The notes beneath the pieces are model-generated. The model saw nothing but the letters and a program-made list of their open reading frames with translations, made no database searches and was not told the DNA's origin. Made by a program: the position numbers and the translations under genes. A DNA stretch of 64,000 bases from Planctomycetota bacterium (lineage in GTDB: Bacteria; Planctomycetota; UBA11346), in NCBI GenBank assembly GCA_038213805.1, contig JBBQSO010000001.1, positions 32,001-96,000 of the forward strand. Reading direction: 5' to 3'. Position 1 is the stretch's first letter. The number at the start of each line of letters is the position of its first letter. Of the stretch, positions 21,425 through 31,481 are shown one piece after another.

Positions 21425-21545
21425 GTTTCGCGGCGTGGTCACATGGGCAACCACTGGGCCCACACGGTCTGGACAGGGCCTTACGCCGAGTGAGAACGTG
21501 GGACTGCGCCGACCGCTGGGACCGCGGGCCGCTACGGGAGTCCGC

Positions 21546-22553
21546 ATGCGCCATTGGCGCCAGCACTGGTTCGTCATCCTGCTCGGCGTCGCCGTGGCGC
21601 TCGCCGCCGTTGGCCCGCAGCTGGGCAGCGGCCAAAGCCCTCTGCACACGGCATCGTGGAGCCCGCTGCTCGTCCCCCTGCTGTTCCTGATCAGCGGCTT
21701 GATCCTGCGCACCCACGAGGTCCGCGCGGCCGCCGCCGACTGGCGGCTGCACCTGTTCACCCAGGGCTTCAGCCTGGCGCTGCTGCCCGTGGCCTTCTGG
21801 GCGATGGCCCTGCTGCTCGGCGCCGCCCACGTCGATGCCGCGCTGTGCACCGGGGTGGTGGTGCTGGGCGCGCTGTCGACGACCACCACCAGCGGCGTGA
21901 CCTTCACGCGCGTCTCCGGTGGCGACGAGGCGGGCGCGCTGTTCAACGCCACGCTCGGCAGCTTGCTCGGCGTGGTGGTCTCGCCGCTGCTCATCCTGCT
22001 CGCCACCGGTCGCCATGGTGCGCTGCCGGTCAGCGAAGTAATCAGCGGTCTCGCCGTGCAGGTCGTGCTGCCAGTGGTGGTCGGGCAGATCGTGCAGGCG
22101 CTGGCGCCGCGCCCGCTCGCCGCCCTGCGCGGCGCACTCGGCCTGGCCAGCCAATGGCTGCTGCTGGTGCTGGTCTGGCAGGTGTTCTGCGACAGCGTCG
22201 CGCGCGGCTTCAGTCCGACCGTCGCGCAGGTGGCCGGCATCGGCGCGCTGATGCTGGCAGCGCACCTGGCCGCCGTTGCGGGCGCCTTCCAATTGAGTGG
22301 CTGGCGCATCTGGCGCCTGAGCCGGCCGCGGCGCACCGCGGGGGTGATCTGCGCCACGCAGAAGACCGTCGCGCTTGGGCTGCCGCTCATGCGCATCGTC
22401 TTCGCAGGCGATCCCGATCTCGCGGCACTGATCCTGCCGCTGCTCGTCTACCATATGCTGCAGCTGGTGGTCGCGAGCGTGGCGGCGCCGTGGTGGCGGC
22501 GCTGGAATGCGGTGCAGACCACACCGGTGCCTGCGCGCGTCGCCCCGCTTTAA
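21546..22553 (+). CDS. Bile acid:sodium symporter (SBF-like) family transporter
   Basis: Multiple TM helices; LFLISGL, LSTTTTSGVTFTRVSGGDEAGALFNATLGSLLGVVVSPL, CATQKTVALGLP, LPLLVYHMLQL. Confidence 0.9.
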   Translation: MRHWRQHWFVILLGVAVALAAVGPQLGSGQSPLHTASWSPLLVPLLFLISGLILRTHEVRAAAADWRLHLFTQGFSLALLPVAFWAMALLLGAAHVDAALCTGVVVLGALSTTTTSGVTFTRVSGGDEAGALFNATLGSLLGVVVSPLLILLATGRHGALPVSEVISGLAVQVVLPVVVGQIVQALAPRPLAALRGALGLASQWLLLVLVWQVFCDSVARGFSPTVAQVAGIGALMLAAHLAAVAGAFQLSGWRIWRLSRPRRTAGVICATQKTVALGLPLMRIVFAGDPDLAALILPLLVYHMLQLVVASVAAPWWRRWNAVQTTPVPARVAPL

Positions 22554-22679
22554 GGTTTGGGACCGCAATCGTGGCCTCTGGCCCATTGCCGGACTCGTCC
22601 TTCAAGCCTTTGCCCATAAAACCCTTAGGAAACCATGGCCGCCTGCTACGTGAACAGTCGTCGACGCAGGTCTTTTCCT

Positions 22680-22698
22680 TATTGAAAACCATTTGCAA
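22680..22698. promoter_or_regulatory. Putative Fur-type iron box
   Basis: AT-rich imperfect palindrome tATTGAAAACCATTTGCAA about 210 nt upstream of a porin gene, resembling Fur-box variants of the ATTGAxAATxATTxTCAAT type. Confidence 0.55.
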
Positions 22699-22909
22699 GT
22701 GCATCAGGGCCATCTAAGACCTCGCCCCACGGCCTGAAACCGTGCCAGCCGCGAGCCCACCATGCCATCTGCGACCGCGCCGATCTGTTTACTCCCAGGC
22801 CTGCGGCCCGCCGCAGGCCACACCACCCTGCACGCGTTCGTCGACCTGCTGCCGCCCCCGCAGTCAAACACCTGAGTCACCACACCGCCAGCCGTTCCGG
22901 AGCCTTCCG

Positions 22910-24313
22910 ATGTCCAGCCGCTCCCTTCCGTCCCGCCCGCTGCCGCGCTTCACCGCGGCCACCCTGCTCGCCCTCGCCGGCTGCGGCGCGCTGCACGCCG
23001 CAGACCCCGCAGCCGATAGCGCACTCCAGCAGCGCGTCGACATCCTCGAAGCGCGATTGAAGGCTTTGGAAGAGGCGAAGCAGGCCCCCGCGGCAATTCC
23101 CGCACCAGCGACTGGCAATGGCGGCCTGTCCTTCGGCGCCTACGGCGAAATGAAATTCGGCGCGCAGCAGAACCCGGATGAGGGCGGCGCGTGGCAGAAC
23201 GGCTTCGACGGCGGGCGCCTCACCCTGTTGCCCAGCTACCAGGTGGGCGACCGCCTGCTGTTCAAGGCCGAGATCGAGATCGAGCATGGCGGCACGGCGG
23301 TCGACGCCGATGACAAACTCGCCGGCGCACTCGAGGTCGAGCAGTGCTACCTCGACTACACCGTCGACGAGCATTTCCACTGGCGCCTGCCGGGCATCGA
23401 CGTGGTGCCGTTTGGCTACACCAACCTCAACCACGAGCCGACGCTGTTCTACAGCGTCCAGCGCCCCGAACTCGCCAACGGTCTGATCCCGACCACGTGG
23501 TTCGGCGCTGCCACCAGCATCCACGGCGTGCTCGCCGGTCCGGTCTCGTACCAGTTCCAGATCTCCAGCAGCCTGATCGACGATGGCGGAAACGTGCGCG
23601 ACACCAGCGCCGCCAACGGCCCGGCCAGCCCGGGCGGCTATCCGGCCGGCATCAGCGGCAGCGCCGATGCCTTGGGCCTCGCCCGCCCAACCACGGACGA
23701 ATTCAAGCAGCAGTCCAACCAGCTCGGCTACACGTTGCGGCTGGCTTACAGTGTCCCGGCCGTCACCGGACTGGCCGGCAGCAGCAGCGTCTACTTCACC
23801 CCCGACGTGGTGCCGCGCCATGCCTACGCAACCGACCTGGCGGGCGTACCGCTCGGTGACCTGCACCACTGCGCGCTGACCATGGCCGACACCGAGCTGC
23901 GCTTCCGCCCGGCCCACGACGGTATCGAGCTGCGGGCGGAGGCGGTCGCGGTATGGTTCTCAAGCCCCGCGAATCTGCGCGCCAACAACGATGGCGACCC
24001 CGCAAACAACGTCGGCAGCACCATGTGGGGCGTGTCGGCGGAGGTCGCCTGGCACCAGCGCGCCAGCGCGGGCGGCTGGGAATTCGTGCCCTTCTACCGT
24101 TACTCGCGCGAGGCCCTGCAGAACACCGGCTTCGCCGGTCTGGACGCCGATGCCCCGACCGGGTCGGGCCGCATCCAGTTCCACACCCTGGGCGTGGCGG
24201 TGTTCCCGGCGCCCGAGGTGGTGATCAAGCTCGACTACCAGGCGGTGCTGGACGGCAGCGCGTCGGGCCCGCACGGCAACCACGTGCTTGGTGGCGTCGG
24301 ATTCTTCTTCTGA
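22910..24313 (+). CDS. Outer-membrane beta-barrel (porin-like) protein
   Basis: Signal peptide, short coiled coil LQQRVDILEARLKALEE, FGAYGE strand, FKAEIEIEHGG, EVEQCYLDY, amphipathic strands, C-terminal aromatic GFFF. Confidence 0.8.
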   Translation: MSSRSLPSRPLPRFTAATLLALAGCGALHAADPAADSALQQRVDILEARLKALEEAKQAPAAIPAPATGNGGLSFGAYGEMKFGAQQNPDEGGAWQNGFDGGRLTLLPSYQVGDRLLFKAEIEIEHGGTAVDADDKLAGALEVEQCYLDYTVDEHFHWRLPGIDVVPFGYTNLNHEPTLFYSVQRPELANGLIPTTWFGAATSIHGVLAGPVSYQFQISSSLIDDGGNVRDTSAANGPASPGGYPAGISGSADALGLARPTTDEFKQQSNQLGYTLRLAYSVPAVTGLAGSSSVYFTPDVVPRHAYATDLAGVPLGDLHHCALTMADTELRFRPAHDGIELRAEAVAVWFSSPANLRANNDGDPANNVGSTMWGVSAEVAWHQRASAGGWEFVPFYRYSREALQNTGFAGLDADAPTGSGRIQFHTLGVAVFPAPEVVIKLDYQAVLDGSASGPHGNHVLGGVGFFF

Positions 24314-24428
24314 ACCGCGGACGAACGGTGCGCGGGGTCAATGCCATTGCAGATGCGTGGGCGGCGCGCAGCGTCAGCCGCCGCGGGGCCGCGCCGGTCT
24401 GTCGCGACACCCTACTGCCACGCGCACC

Positions 24429-24809
24429 ATGACCACCACACCGACGCCCACGCCCCCACCCAACCGCGCCCGCCGTGGTGCGCTGCTGACGTGGGGACTG
24501 GCGGCGGCCTGCTCCGCCGTTGCGGGATGCGGCGCGGTGATCCCGCGCGTGACCCCAGAGCTGGTCGGTTATGCGCAGCGTCGTGACCCGGCCGCCGACC
24601 TCCCCGGCATGGAGGTGGCGCGCACCCTCTATGTCAACCGCTGCAATTCCTGCCACTCCCTGAACGATCCGCGCGGCTATGACGAACAGGAATGGCACGG
24701 GTGGATGCGCAAGATGGCACGCAAGGCCAAGCTCACGGCAGCGCAGGAGGCGGCGGTGCTGGTGTTCGTCCTGGCGGCGCGCGAGACGCCGCCCGAGAAG
24801 CCGCAATAG
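24429..24809 (+). CDS. Monoheme c-type cytochrome lipoprotein
   Basis: RARRGALL leader, lipobox VAG-C, heme motif CNSCH, W...MRKM candidate distal Met ligand. Confidence 0.8.
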   Translation: MTTTPTPTPPPNRARRGALLTWGLAAACSAVAGCGAVIPRVTPELVGYAQRRDPAADLPGMEVARTLYVNRCNSCHSLNDPRGYDEQEWHGWMRKMARKAKLTAAQEAAVLVFVLAARETPPEKPQ

Positions 24810-25037
24810 CAGTGGCGCGACGGACAGCGATTGCTCCACCCCCGCGTGTTAGCGGTTGACTCGCAGCGGGTTCGGTCTCCATTTTGGCTCATAGCCGGCA
24901 TTCCCGGCGCCTCACCGCGTCTGTGGTGGAGCATGCCGCGGGGCGGCGCATCATGTGTGCGCCACGACGGTGCCATCCGTCAGCGCCGCCCTCACGCTTC
25001 ATGCGCCTACTTTAAGCAGGACCCCGAAAGCAGCCCA

Positions 25038-26177
25038 ATGCGCCGACCCTGCACCCTCGCTTCCGCCGGCGTCCTGATCCTGACCCTGGCCGCCTGCGGC
25101 GAGGCTGCCAAACCAGCCGCCCCGCCGCCCCCGCCCGTGGTGACCGTCACGCCCGTCATCGAACGCAGCGAGGCCGAGTGGGAAGTCGGCGTCGGCCGCC
25201 TCGAAGCCCCGGAGCTGGTCGAGGTGCGCCCGCGCGTGGCCGGCTTCATCGACAAGATGCTGGTCAAGGACGGCGCTCTGGTCGCGGTCGGCGACGTCCT
25301 GCTCGAGCTCGACCCGCGCCCGTTCCAGGTCCAGACGCGGCGCGCCGCGGCCCAGCTCGCCGAGGCGCGCGCCAACCTGGGCAAGGCGCAGCGCGATGTG
25401 GGGCGCGCGCAGCAGCTGCTCGAGAAGGAGGCGATCTCGAAGGAGGAGGCCGACAACCGCACCTCGGCCGTCGCCGCCCAGCAGGCCACGGTCGCCGCCG
25501 CCGAGGCGGCGCTGGCGTCGGCGCAGCTTGATCTCGACTACACGCGCGTCACCTCCCCCCTCGCCGGGCGCGTCGGGCGCATCACCGTCAGCGCCGGCAA
25601 CCTCGCCGGCCCGAACGGCGCGGCGGTGGCCACGGTGGTCTCATCGGATCCGATCTATGCGACCGTCGACCTGGACGAGCGTAGCTGGCTGGCCGCGCGC
25701 CCGCTGCTGACCGCGGCCGACGCGAAACCGCTGCCGCTGATGCTCGACGGCGAGAGCGGCTGGCCGCATCAGGCGCGCTTCGCCTTTGCCGACAACCGCG
25801 TCGACCCGGCGACCGGCACCATGCGCATCCGCGCCACCCTGCCCAACCCCGACGGCGCGCTGCCGGTCGGCGGTTTCGTGCGCCTGCACGTGCCGGTGGC
25901 GGCGGTCGCTCTGCGCCTGCTGGTCGACGAGCGCGCCATCGGCACGGACCAGAGCAACCGCTACGTGCTGGTCCTGGAGGACGGCAAGGCCGTCTACCAC
26001 AAGGTCACCCTCGGCCCCGCGGTTGACGGTGGTCTGCGCATCGTGCGCAGCGGCGTGAAGGCCGGCGACGGCATCATCTTCGACATCGCGAAAGTCCGGC
26101 AGGGCGCGGCGGTGACCGTCAAGGCTGCCGACAGCGCGACCGCCGGCACCCAGCCCGCGAGCGGAACCGCACGGTGA
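25038..26177 (+). CDS. RND efflux periplasmic adaptor (MFP), lipoprotein
   Basis: Lipobox LAA-C; VEVRPRVAGFI, LDLDYTRVTSPLAGRVG, DNRVDPATGTMRIRA. Confidence 0.95.
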   Translation: MRRPCTLASAGVLILTLAACGEAAKPAAPPPPPVVTVTPVIERSEAEWEVGVGRLEAPELVEVRPRVAGFIDKMLVKDGALVAVGDVLLELDPRPFQVQTRRAAAQLAEARANLGKAQRDVGRAQQLLEKEAISKEEADNRTSAVAAQQATVAAAEAALASAQLDLDYTRVTSPLAGRVGRITVSAGNLAGPNGAAVATVVSSDPIYATVDLDERSWLAARPLLTAADAKPLPLMLDGESGWPHQARFAFADNRVDPATGTMRIRATLPNPDGALPVGGFVRLHVPVAAVALRLLVDERAIGTDQSNRYVLVLEDGKAVYHKVTLGPAVDGGLRIVRSGVKAGDGIIFDIAKVRQGAAVTVKAADSATAGTQPASGTAR

Positions 26178-29100
26178 ATCTGCCGGACTATTTCGTCTCG
26201 CGGCCAATCTTCGCCACCGTGTTGTCGGCGCTGATCCTGATCGTCGGTGCGATCTGCCTGTTCCGCATGCCGATCAACGAGTATCCGGAGGTGGTGCCGC
26301 CGACCATCTCGGTGACGGCCAATTACCCCGGCGCCAGCCCGCAGGTGATCGCCGAGACCGTGGCCGCGCCGCTCGAGCAGCAGCTCACGGGCATCGAGGG
26401 CATGCTCTACATGTCGTCGACCTCGTCGGCCGACGGGGCCCTCGCCGTGATCCTGACCTTCCGCCTTGGCACCAGGCTGCAGGACGCGCTGGTCGAGGTG
26501 CAGAACCGCATCCAGCAGGCCACCCCGCGCCTGCCCGACGAGGTGCGGCGCCTGGGCGTGATCGCCAAGAAGGCCTCGCCCGACCTGACCCTGGTGGTGA
26601 ACCTGGTCTCGCCCGACAAGCGCTACGACGAGCTCTACCTCGCCAACTACGCGCGCCTGCACGTGGTCGACGCCCTCTCGCGCCTGCCCGGCATGGGCGA
26701 GGTGCGGGTGTTCGGCGCCGGCGAGTACGCGCTGCGCATCTGGCTCGACCGCGACCGCATGATCTCGCTCGGGCTGACCGCGGGCGACGTCATGGACGCG
26801 ATCCGCGAGCAGAACCTGCAGGTCGCGGCCGGCGCGCTCGGCAACGAGCCGGGCGACCACCCCATCGCCACGCGCCTGACCATCACCAGCCAGGGGCGCA
26901 TGCTCAGCGAGGACGAATTCACGCGCATCGTGGTGCGCGCGTCCGCTGACGGGCGCACCGTCCACCTCGCCGACGTCGCACGCGTCGAGCTCGGCGCCAC
27001 CGCCTACGCGATGCACAGCTTCATCGCCACCAGCGACGCGCCGCAGGCGCTGCCGGCGGTGGGCGTGGTCGCCTTCCAGGCGCCGGGTTCGAATGCCCTG
27101 GACGTCTCCGACCAGGTGCAGAGGGCGATGGCGGAGCTGAGCAGGAACTTCCCCGCCGGGCTGACCTACGGCATCCTCTACGACCCCACTGTTTTCGTGC
27201 GCGGCTCGATCAGCGCGGTGATCCGCACGCTTAGCGAGGCGATCGTGCTGGTGGTGCTGGTGGTGGTCTTGTTCCTGCAGACCTGGCGCGCCTCGATCAT
27301 CCCGCTGGTCGCGGTGCCGGTGTCGCTGATCGGCACGTTCTCGGTGATGCTCGGCCTGGGCTTCTCGATCAACACCATCTCGATGTTCGGCCTGGTGCTG
27401 GCCATCGGCATCGTCGTCGACGACGCCATCGTCGTGGTCGAGAACGTCGAACGCAACATCGCCCTCGGCCTGGAGCCGCGCGCAGCGACCAGGAAGGCGA
27501 TGCGCGAGGTCACCGGCCCGATCGTCGCCACCGCCCTGGTGTTGTGCGCTGTGTTCGTCCCGACCGCCTTCATCAGCGGTCTGACCGGGCAGTTCTACAA
27601 GCAGTTCGCCATCACCATCGCGATCTCGACGGTGATCTCGGCCTTCAACTCGCTGACCCTCAGCCCGGCGCTGGCGGCGGTGCTGCTCAAGCCGCACGGC
27701 GCACGCCCCGACGTCCTCACGCGTGGCCTCGACTTCCTGTTCGGCTGGCTGTTCCGGCCGTTCAACCGCGGTTTCACCGCCGCCGCGCGGGGCTATGTGC
27801 GCGGGGTGGCGCGCATCCTGCGCTTCAGCCTCATCGCCGGGGCGCTCTACCTGGTGTGCAACGGGCTGACCGCGTTCAGCTTCCAGCGCATGCCCACCGG
27901 CTACATCCCGGCGATGGACAAGCAGTTCATCATGGCCTTCGCGCGTCTGCCCGACGGCGCGAACCTCGACCGCACGGTAGCGGTGATGCGGGCCATGAGC
28001 GCCATGGCGATGGAGACCAAGGGCGTGCTCGCCACGGTCGGCATCCCCGGCATCGGCTTCGGCTTCTCGGCGACCAGCAGCCAGGGCCTGATGTTCATCC
28101 CGCTCAAGCCCTTCGCCGAGCGCGAGGGCGCGGACGTCACCGGCCCCGCCATCCGCGCGGCGCTGAACAAGCGCTTCGCGGCCATCAACGAGGCCGTGGT
28201 CTTCGCCATCGCGCCACCGCCGGTGCGCGGCCTGAGCTTCACCGGCGGCTTCAAAGTCGAGATCGAGGACACCGGTGGCGTCGGCCTGGAGGCGCTGTTC
28301 GACGCCACCCAGCGCGTCCTTGCCGCGGCCAAGGCGACGCCGGGCCTGGACGCGAGCCAGACCCTGACCACCTTCACCATGAGTGTGCCCCAGGTCGAGC
28401 TGACCTTCGACCGCGAGCGTATGAAGCGGCAGAACGTGGCGTTCTCCGACCTCTCGGCGGCGCTCGGCACCTTCCTCGGCTCGGGCTACGCCAACGATTT
28501 CAACCGCTTTGGCCGCACCTACCGGGTCAACGTCCAGGCCGACGCGCCCTACCGCCAGCGCGTCGAGGACATCGGCCGGCTGCGCGTGCGCAGCAAGGAC
28601 GGCCGCATGCTGCCGCTCGCCGGGCTGGTCACGGTGCGCGAGACGGCGGGCCCAGACCGGGTCCCGCGCTACAACGGCCAGCTCGCGTCCGACATCACCA
28701 GCGCGGCGTCACCGGGCACCAGCTCGGACGCGGCCCAGGCGATGATGGAGGAGATCCTCAAGCGCGAGCTGCCCACCGGCCTGTCCCACGACTGGACCGA
28801 GCTGGTCTACCAGCAGCAACTCGCGGGAAACACCTCGATCTCCATCTTCGGGCTGTGCGTGGCGCTGGTGTTCATGGTGCTGGCCGCGCTGTACGAGAGC
28901 TGGTCGCTGCCGCTGGTGGTGATCCTGATCGTACCGCTGTGCCTGCTCTGCGCGATGATCGGGGTGGCGCTCGACAAGGCGCTGTTCGGCGGTCAGGGCG
29001 TGATCGACATCTTCACCCAGATCGGTTTCCTGGTACTGGTCGGCCTAGCCTGCAAGAACGCCATCCTGATCGTCGAGTTCGCGCGCGATGAGGAACTGCG

Positions 29101-29422
29101 CGGCAGCTCGCGCGTGCACGCGGCGCTCACCGCCTGCCGGCTGCGGCTGCGCCCGATCCTGATGACCTCGCTGGCCTTCATCATGGGCGTGTGGCCGCTG
29201 GTCGAGTCGCATGGCGCCGGCGCCGAGACCAGGCACTCGCTGGGCGTCGCGGTGTTCAGCGGCATGATCGGCGTGACCTTGTTCGGCCTGGCGTTGACGC
29301 CGGTGTTCTACGTGGCGATCAGGCGCTGGGCGGGCGGCGGTGGCAGGCCGGCGGTGGAGGCCACAGTAGCTGCCGTACCTGCCGGCGGTGCGGAGCCGCA
29401 GCCGCCTGCGTCCGGGCGCTGA
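26174..29422 (+). CDS. RND efflux inner-membrane transporter (HAE1, MexF/OqxB-like)
   Basis: FVSRPIFATVLS; proton-relay motifs IGIVVDDAIVVVENVER, GLACKNAILIVEFA, RLRPILMTSLAF; GTGA overlap with the MFP gene. Confidence 0.96.
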   Translation: MNLPDYFVSRPIFATVLSALILIVGAICLFRMPINEYPEVVPPTISVTANYPGASPQVIAETVAAPLEQQLTGIEGMLYMSSTSSADGALAVILTFRLGTRLQDALVEVQNRIQQATPRLPDEVRRLGVIAKKASPDLTLVVNLVSPDKRYDELYLANYARLHVVDALSRLPGMGEVRVFGAGEYALRIWLDRDRMISLGLTAGDVMDAIREQNLQVAAGALGNEPGDHPIATRLTITSQGRMLSEDEFTRIVVRASADGRTVHLADVARVELGATAYAMHSFIATSDAPQALPAVGVVAFQAPGSNALDVSDQVQRAMAELSRNFPAGLTYGILYDPTVFVRGSISAVIRTLSEAIVLVVLVVVLFLQTWRASIIPLVAVPVSLIGTFSVMLGLGFSINTISMFGLVLAIGIVVDDAIVVVENVERNIALGLEPRAATRKAMREVTGPIVATALVLCAVFVPTAFISGLTGQFYKQFAITIAISTVISAFNSLTLSPALAAVLLKPHGARPDVLTRGLDFLFGWLFRPFNRGFTAAARGYVRGVARILRFSLIAGALYLVCNGLTAFSFQRMPTGYIPAMDKQFIMAFARLPDGANLDRTVAVMRAMSAMAMETKGVLATVGIPGIGFGFSATSSQGLMFIPLKPFAEREGADVTGPAIRAALNKRFAAINEAVVFAIAPPPVRGLSFTGGFKVEIEDTGGVGLEALFDATQRVLAAAKATPGLDASQTLTTFTMSVPQVELTFDRERMKRQNVAFSDLSAALGTFLGSGYANDFNRFGRTYRVNVQADAPYRQRVEDIGRLRVRSKDGRMLPLAGLVTVRETAGPDRVPRYNGQLASDITSAASPGTSSDAAQAMMEEILKRELPTGLSHDWTELVYQQQLAGNTSISIFGLCVALVFMVLAALYESWSLPLVVILIVPLCLLCAMIGVALDKALFGGQGVIDIFTQIGFLVLVGLACKNAILIVEFARDEELRGSSRVHAALTACRLRLRPILMTSLAFIMGVWPLVESHGAGAETRHSLGVAVFSGMIGVTLFGLALTPVFYVAIRRWAGGGGRPAVEATVAAVPAGGAEPQPPASGR

Positions 29423-29433
29423 CCGCGGCTCGA

Positions 29434-30792
29434 TCAGCTGCGCGGTGCCAGCGCGGCAGCGGCACCAGGCGCGTCCGGACGCGCTGCGGTCTCACCATCG
29501 CCGCTGGTGATCAGGCGCGCGCTGCGATTCCAGCTCAGCCAGTACCACGCCCACTGCACCAGGACCAGGACGCGGTTTTCGAAGCGTACCAGTTTAAGCA
29601 GATGGATGAACACCCACGCCAGCCACGCGATCGTGCCCGAGAGGTGCAGCCGGCCGAACTGCGCGACTGCGAGGCGCTTGCCGATCGTCGCGAGCATGCC
29701 GTAGTCGCGGTAGTGGAACGACCGCACGGCGCGGCCGGCGAGGCGGTCGCGGATGGCGCGCGCGACGTGGTCGCCCTGCTGCATCGCCACCGACGCGACC
29801 CCGGGCAGTGCCTCGCCGCCCGCTCCGGGCTGCGAGGCCAGATCGCCGATGACAAAGATCTCGCTGTGGGCGGCGAGCGCGCAGTCGGCGCCGACCGGGA
29901 CGCGGCCCCCACGGTCGACCGTGGCGCCGGTGCCCGCGGCAAGGATGCGGCCGAGCGGCGAGGCGGCGACGCCGGCGCCCCACAACACCCCGGCGCACGG
30001 CACGCGCTGCGCCCCGTCCGGGCCGACCATCACCACCGCGTCCGCGTAGACCTCGGTCACGCGCGCGCCGGTGATGACCTCGACGCCGAGTCCGAGCAGG
30101 GCGGCCGCGGCCTTTTCCGACAAATCAGGAGCGAACCCGCCGGCCAGGATGCGCGGCTGCGCCTCGATGACGATGATGCGCACCGCGGCCGGATCGATGC
30201 GGCGGAACTCGCCGCGCACGGTGTGGCGGACGATCTCTGCGACGGCGCCCGCGAGCTCGACCGCGGTCGGTCCTCCGCCGACCACCACGAAGGTCATCAA
30301 AGCGGTGCGCCGCTGCGCGTCGTGCTCGCGCTCGGCGCGCTCGAGGGCGCTGTAGATCAGCCGGCGCATGCGCGTCGCGTCCTCGATGGTCTTCAGGCCC
30401 GGGGCGTGCACTTCCCACTCCGGGTGGCCGAAATAGTGGTGCCGCGAACCGGTGGCGACGACCAGGGTGTCGTAGGCGAGGCTCTCGCCATCCTGCAGGT
30501 GCACGGTGCGCGCCGCCGGGTCGATGCCATCGACCTCACCGAGCATGACCTCAGTGTTGCGCTGTCTCTTAAGGATCGAACGCAGCGGCGTGGCGATATT
30601 TGAGGGCGACAACCCGCCGGTTGCGACCTGATAGAGGAGCGGCTGGAAGAGGTGGAAGTTGCGACGGTCGATGAGGGTCACGCGTACGGCCGCGCGGCGC
30701 AGCCCGAGCGCCACCTGCAGTCCGCCGAAGCCGCCGCCGACGATGACGACGTGGTGCGGCGCCGGGACGGCGAGTGCGGCGAGGCTGGGCAT
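29434..30792 (-). CDS. ndh: Type II NADH dehydrogenase (NDH-2)
   Basis: VVIVGGGFGGL, NFHLFQPLLYQVATG, APGLKTIEDA, FVVVGGGPTAVELAG, FVIGD, YRDYGMLATIG. Confidence 0.93.
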   Translation of the reverse strand: MPSLAALAVPAPHHVVIVGGGFGGLQVALGLRRAAVRVTLIDRRNFHLFQPLLYQVATGGLSPSNIATPLRSILKRQRNTEVMLGEVDGIDPAARTVHLQDGESLAYDTLVVATGSRHHYFGHPEWEVHAPGLKTIEDATRMRRLIYSALERAEREHDAQRRTALMTFVVVGGGPTAVELAGAVAEIVRHTVRGEFRRIDPAAVRIIVIEAQPRILAGGFAPDLSEKAAAALLGLGVEVITGARVTEVYADAVVMVGPDGAQRVPCAGVLWGAGVAASPLGRILAAGTGATVDRGGRVPVGADCALAAHSEIFVIGDLASQPGAGGEALPGVASVAMQQGDHVARAIRDRLAGRAVRSFHYRDYGMLATIGKRLAVAQFGRLHLSGTIAWLAWVFIHLLKLVRFENRVLVLVQWAWYWLSWNRSARLITSGDGETAARPDAPGAAAALAPRS

Positions 30793-31481
30793 GGTTGGTC
30801 TCCGCTCGGGGGCGGAGGATGCCCACCACGGCCGGGCGGCAAGCCCCGGACCGGGCACGCTTCAACCCGCGGTGCGGGGCGCGCCTACTCCTTGCTCAAG
30901 CGTGCAGATCCCGGGGCCTGGCTCTTGAGCAGGGCGGCGAGCCCCTCCTTGCTGAGGGTCAGCGAATCGCCGGCGGACGAGTGCTGCCGGCCGCCGCCTT
31001 CCGTGGCATCGCTGGCGTTCAACATGGCGGTGGCCGGGGATGCAGTGGAGCCGTCGAAAGAGTCCATGCGCGCGGCCTTCGGGGTGCGGCGTTGGGCGAC
31101 CCCAGGAGCATCGGCAGGAAGGCGGGACGCTTGAGCGGTTTGCGGAAAGGTGCTGCACTGCGGGCCGCCCGCACTGCGCCCCACGAGCGCCTTGCCAAGT
31201 GCACCAGACCTGCAACGCATTTCGCCATTGCCACCACGAGCTGCGCGGTGAGCGGGCCCAGATCGACCCCGTCCAAGTCGGCAGGGGTTGTGGCAGGAAC
31301 TCCGTGCAACCGGACGAACTCCAGCGAATAGCCGCGAAAGTCGGCAGTTGCCAAGCATGCGGTCGCGGCGACCATACGCGTTTTTCGACTGCACTCCGAG
31401 CACATGGTGAAGCCGCAGCTTGCCGCGTATGCAGCGCGTCCCAGAGTGCCGGCGCTTTCCGCAACCCGCCGAGACCCCGCC

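Noticed and set aside
17382..22586. 1734-aa minus-strand ORF
   Set aside because: Antisense shadow of the DUF1592-family, DUF1552 and symporter genes; no motifs; expected with strong GC3 bias.
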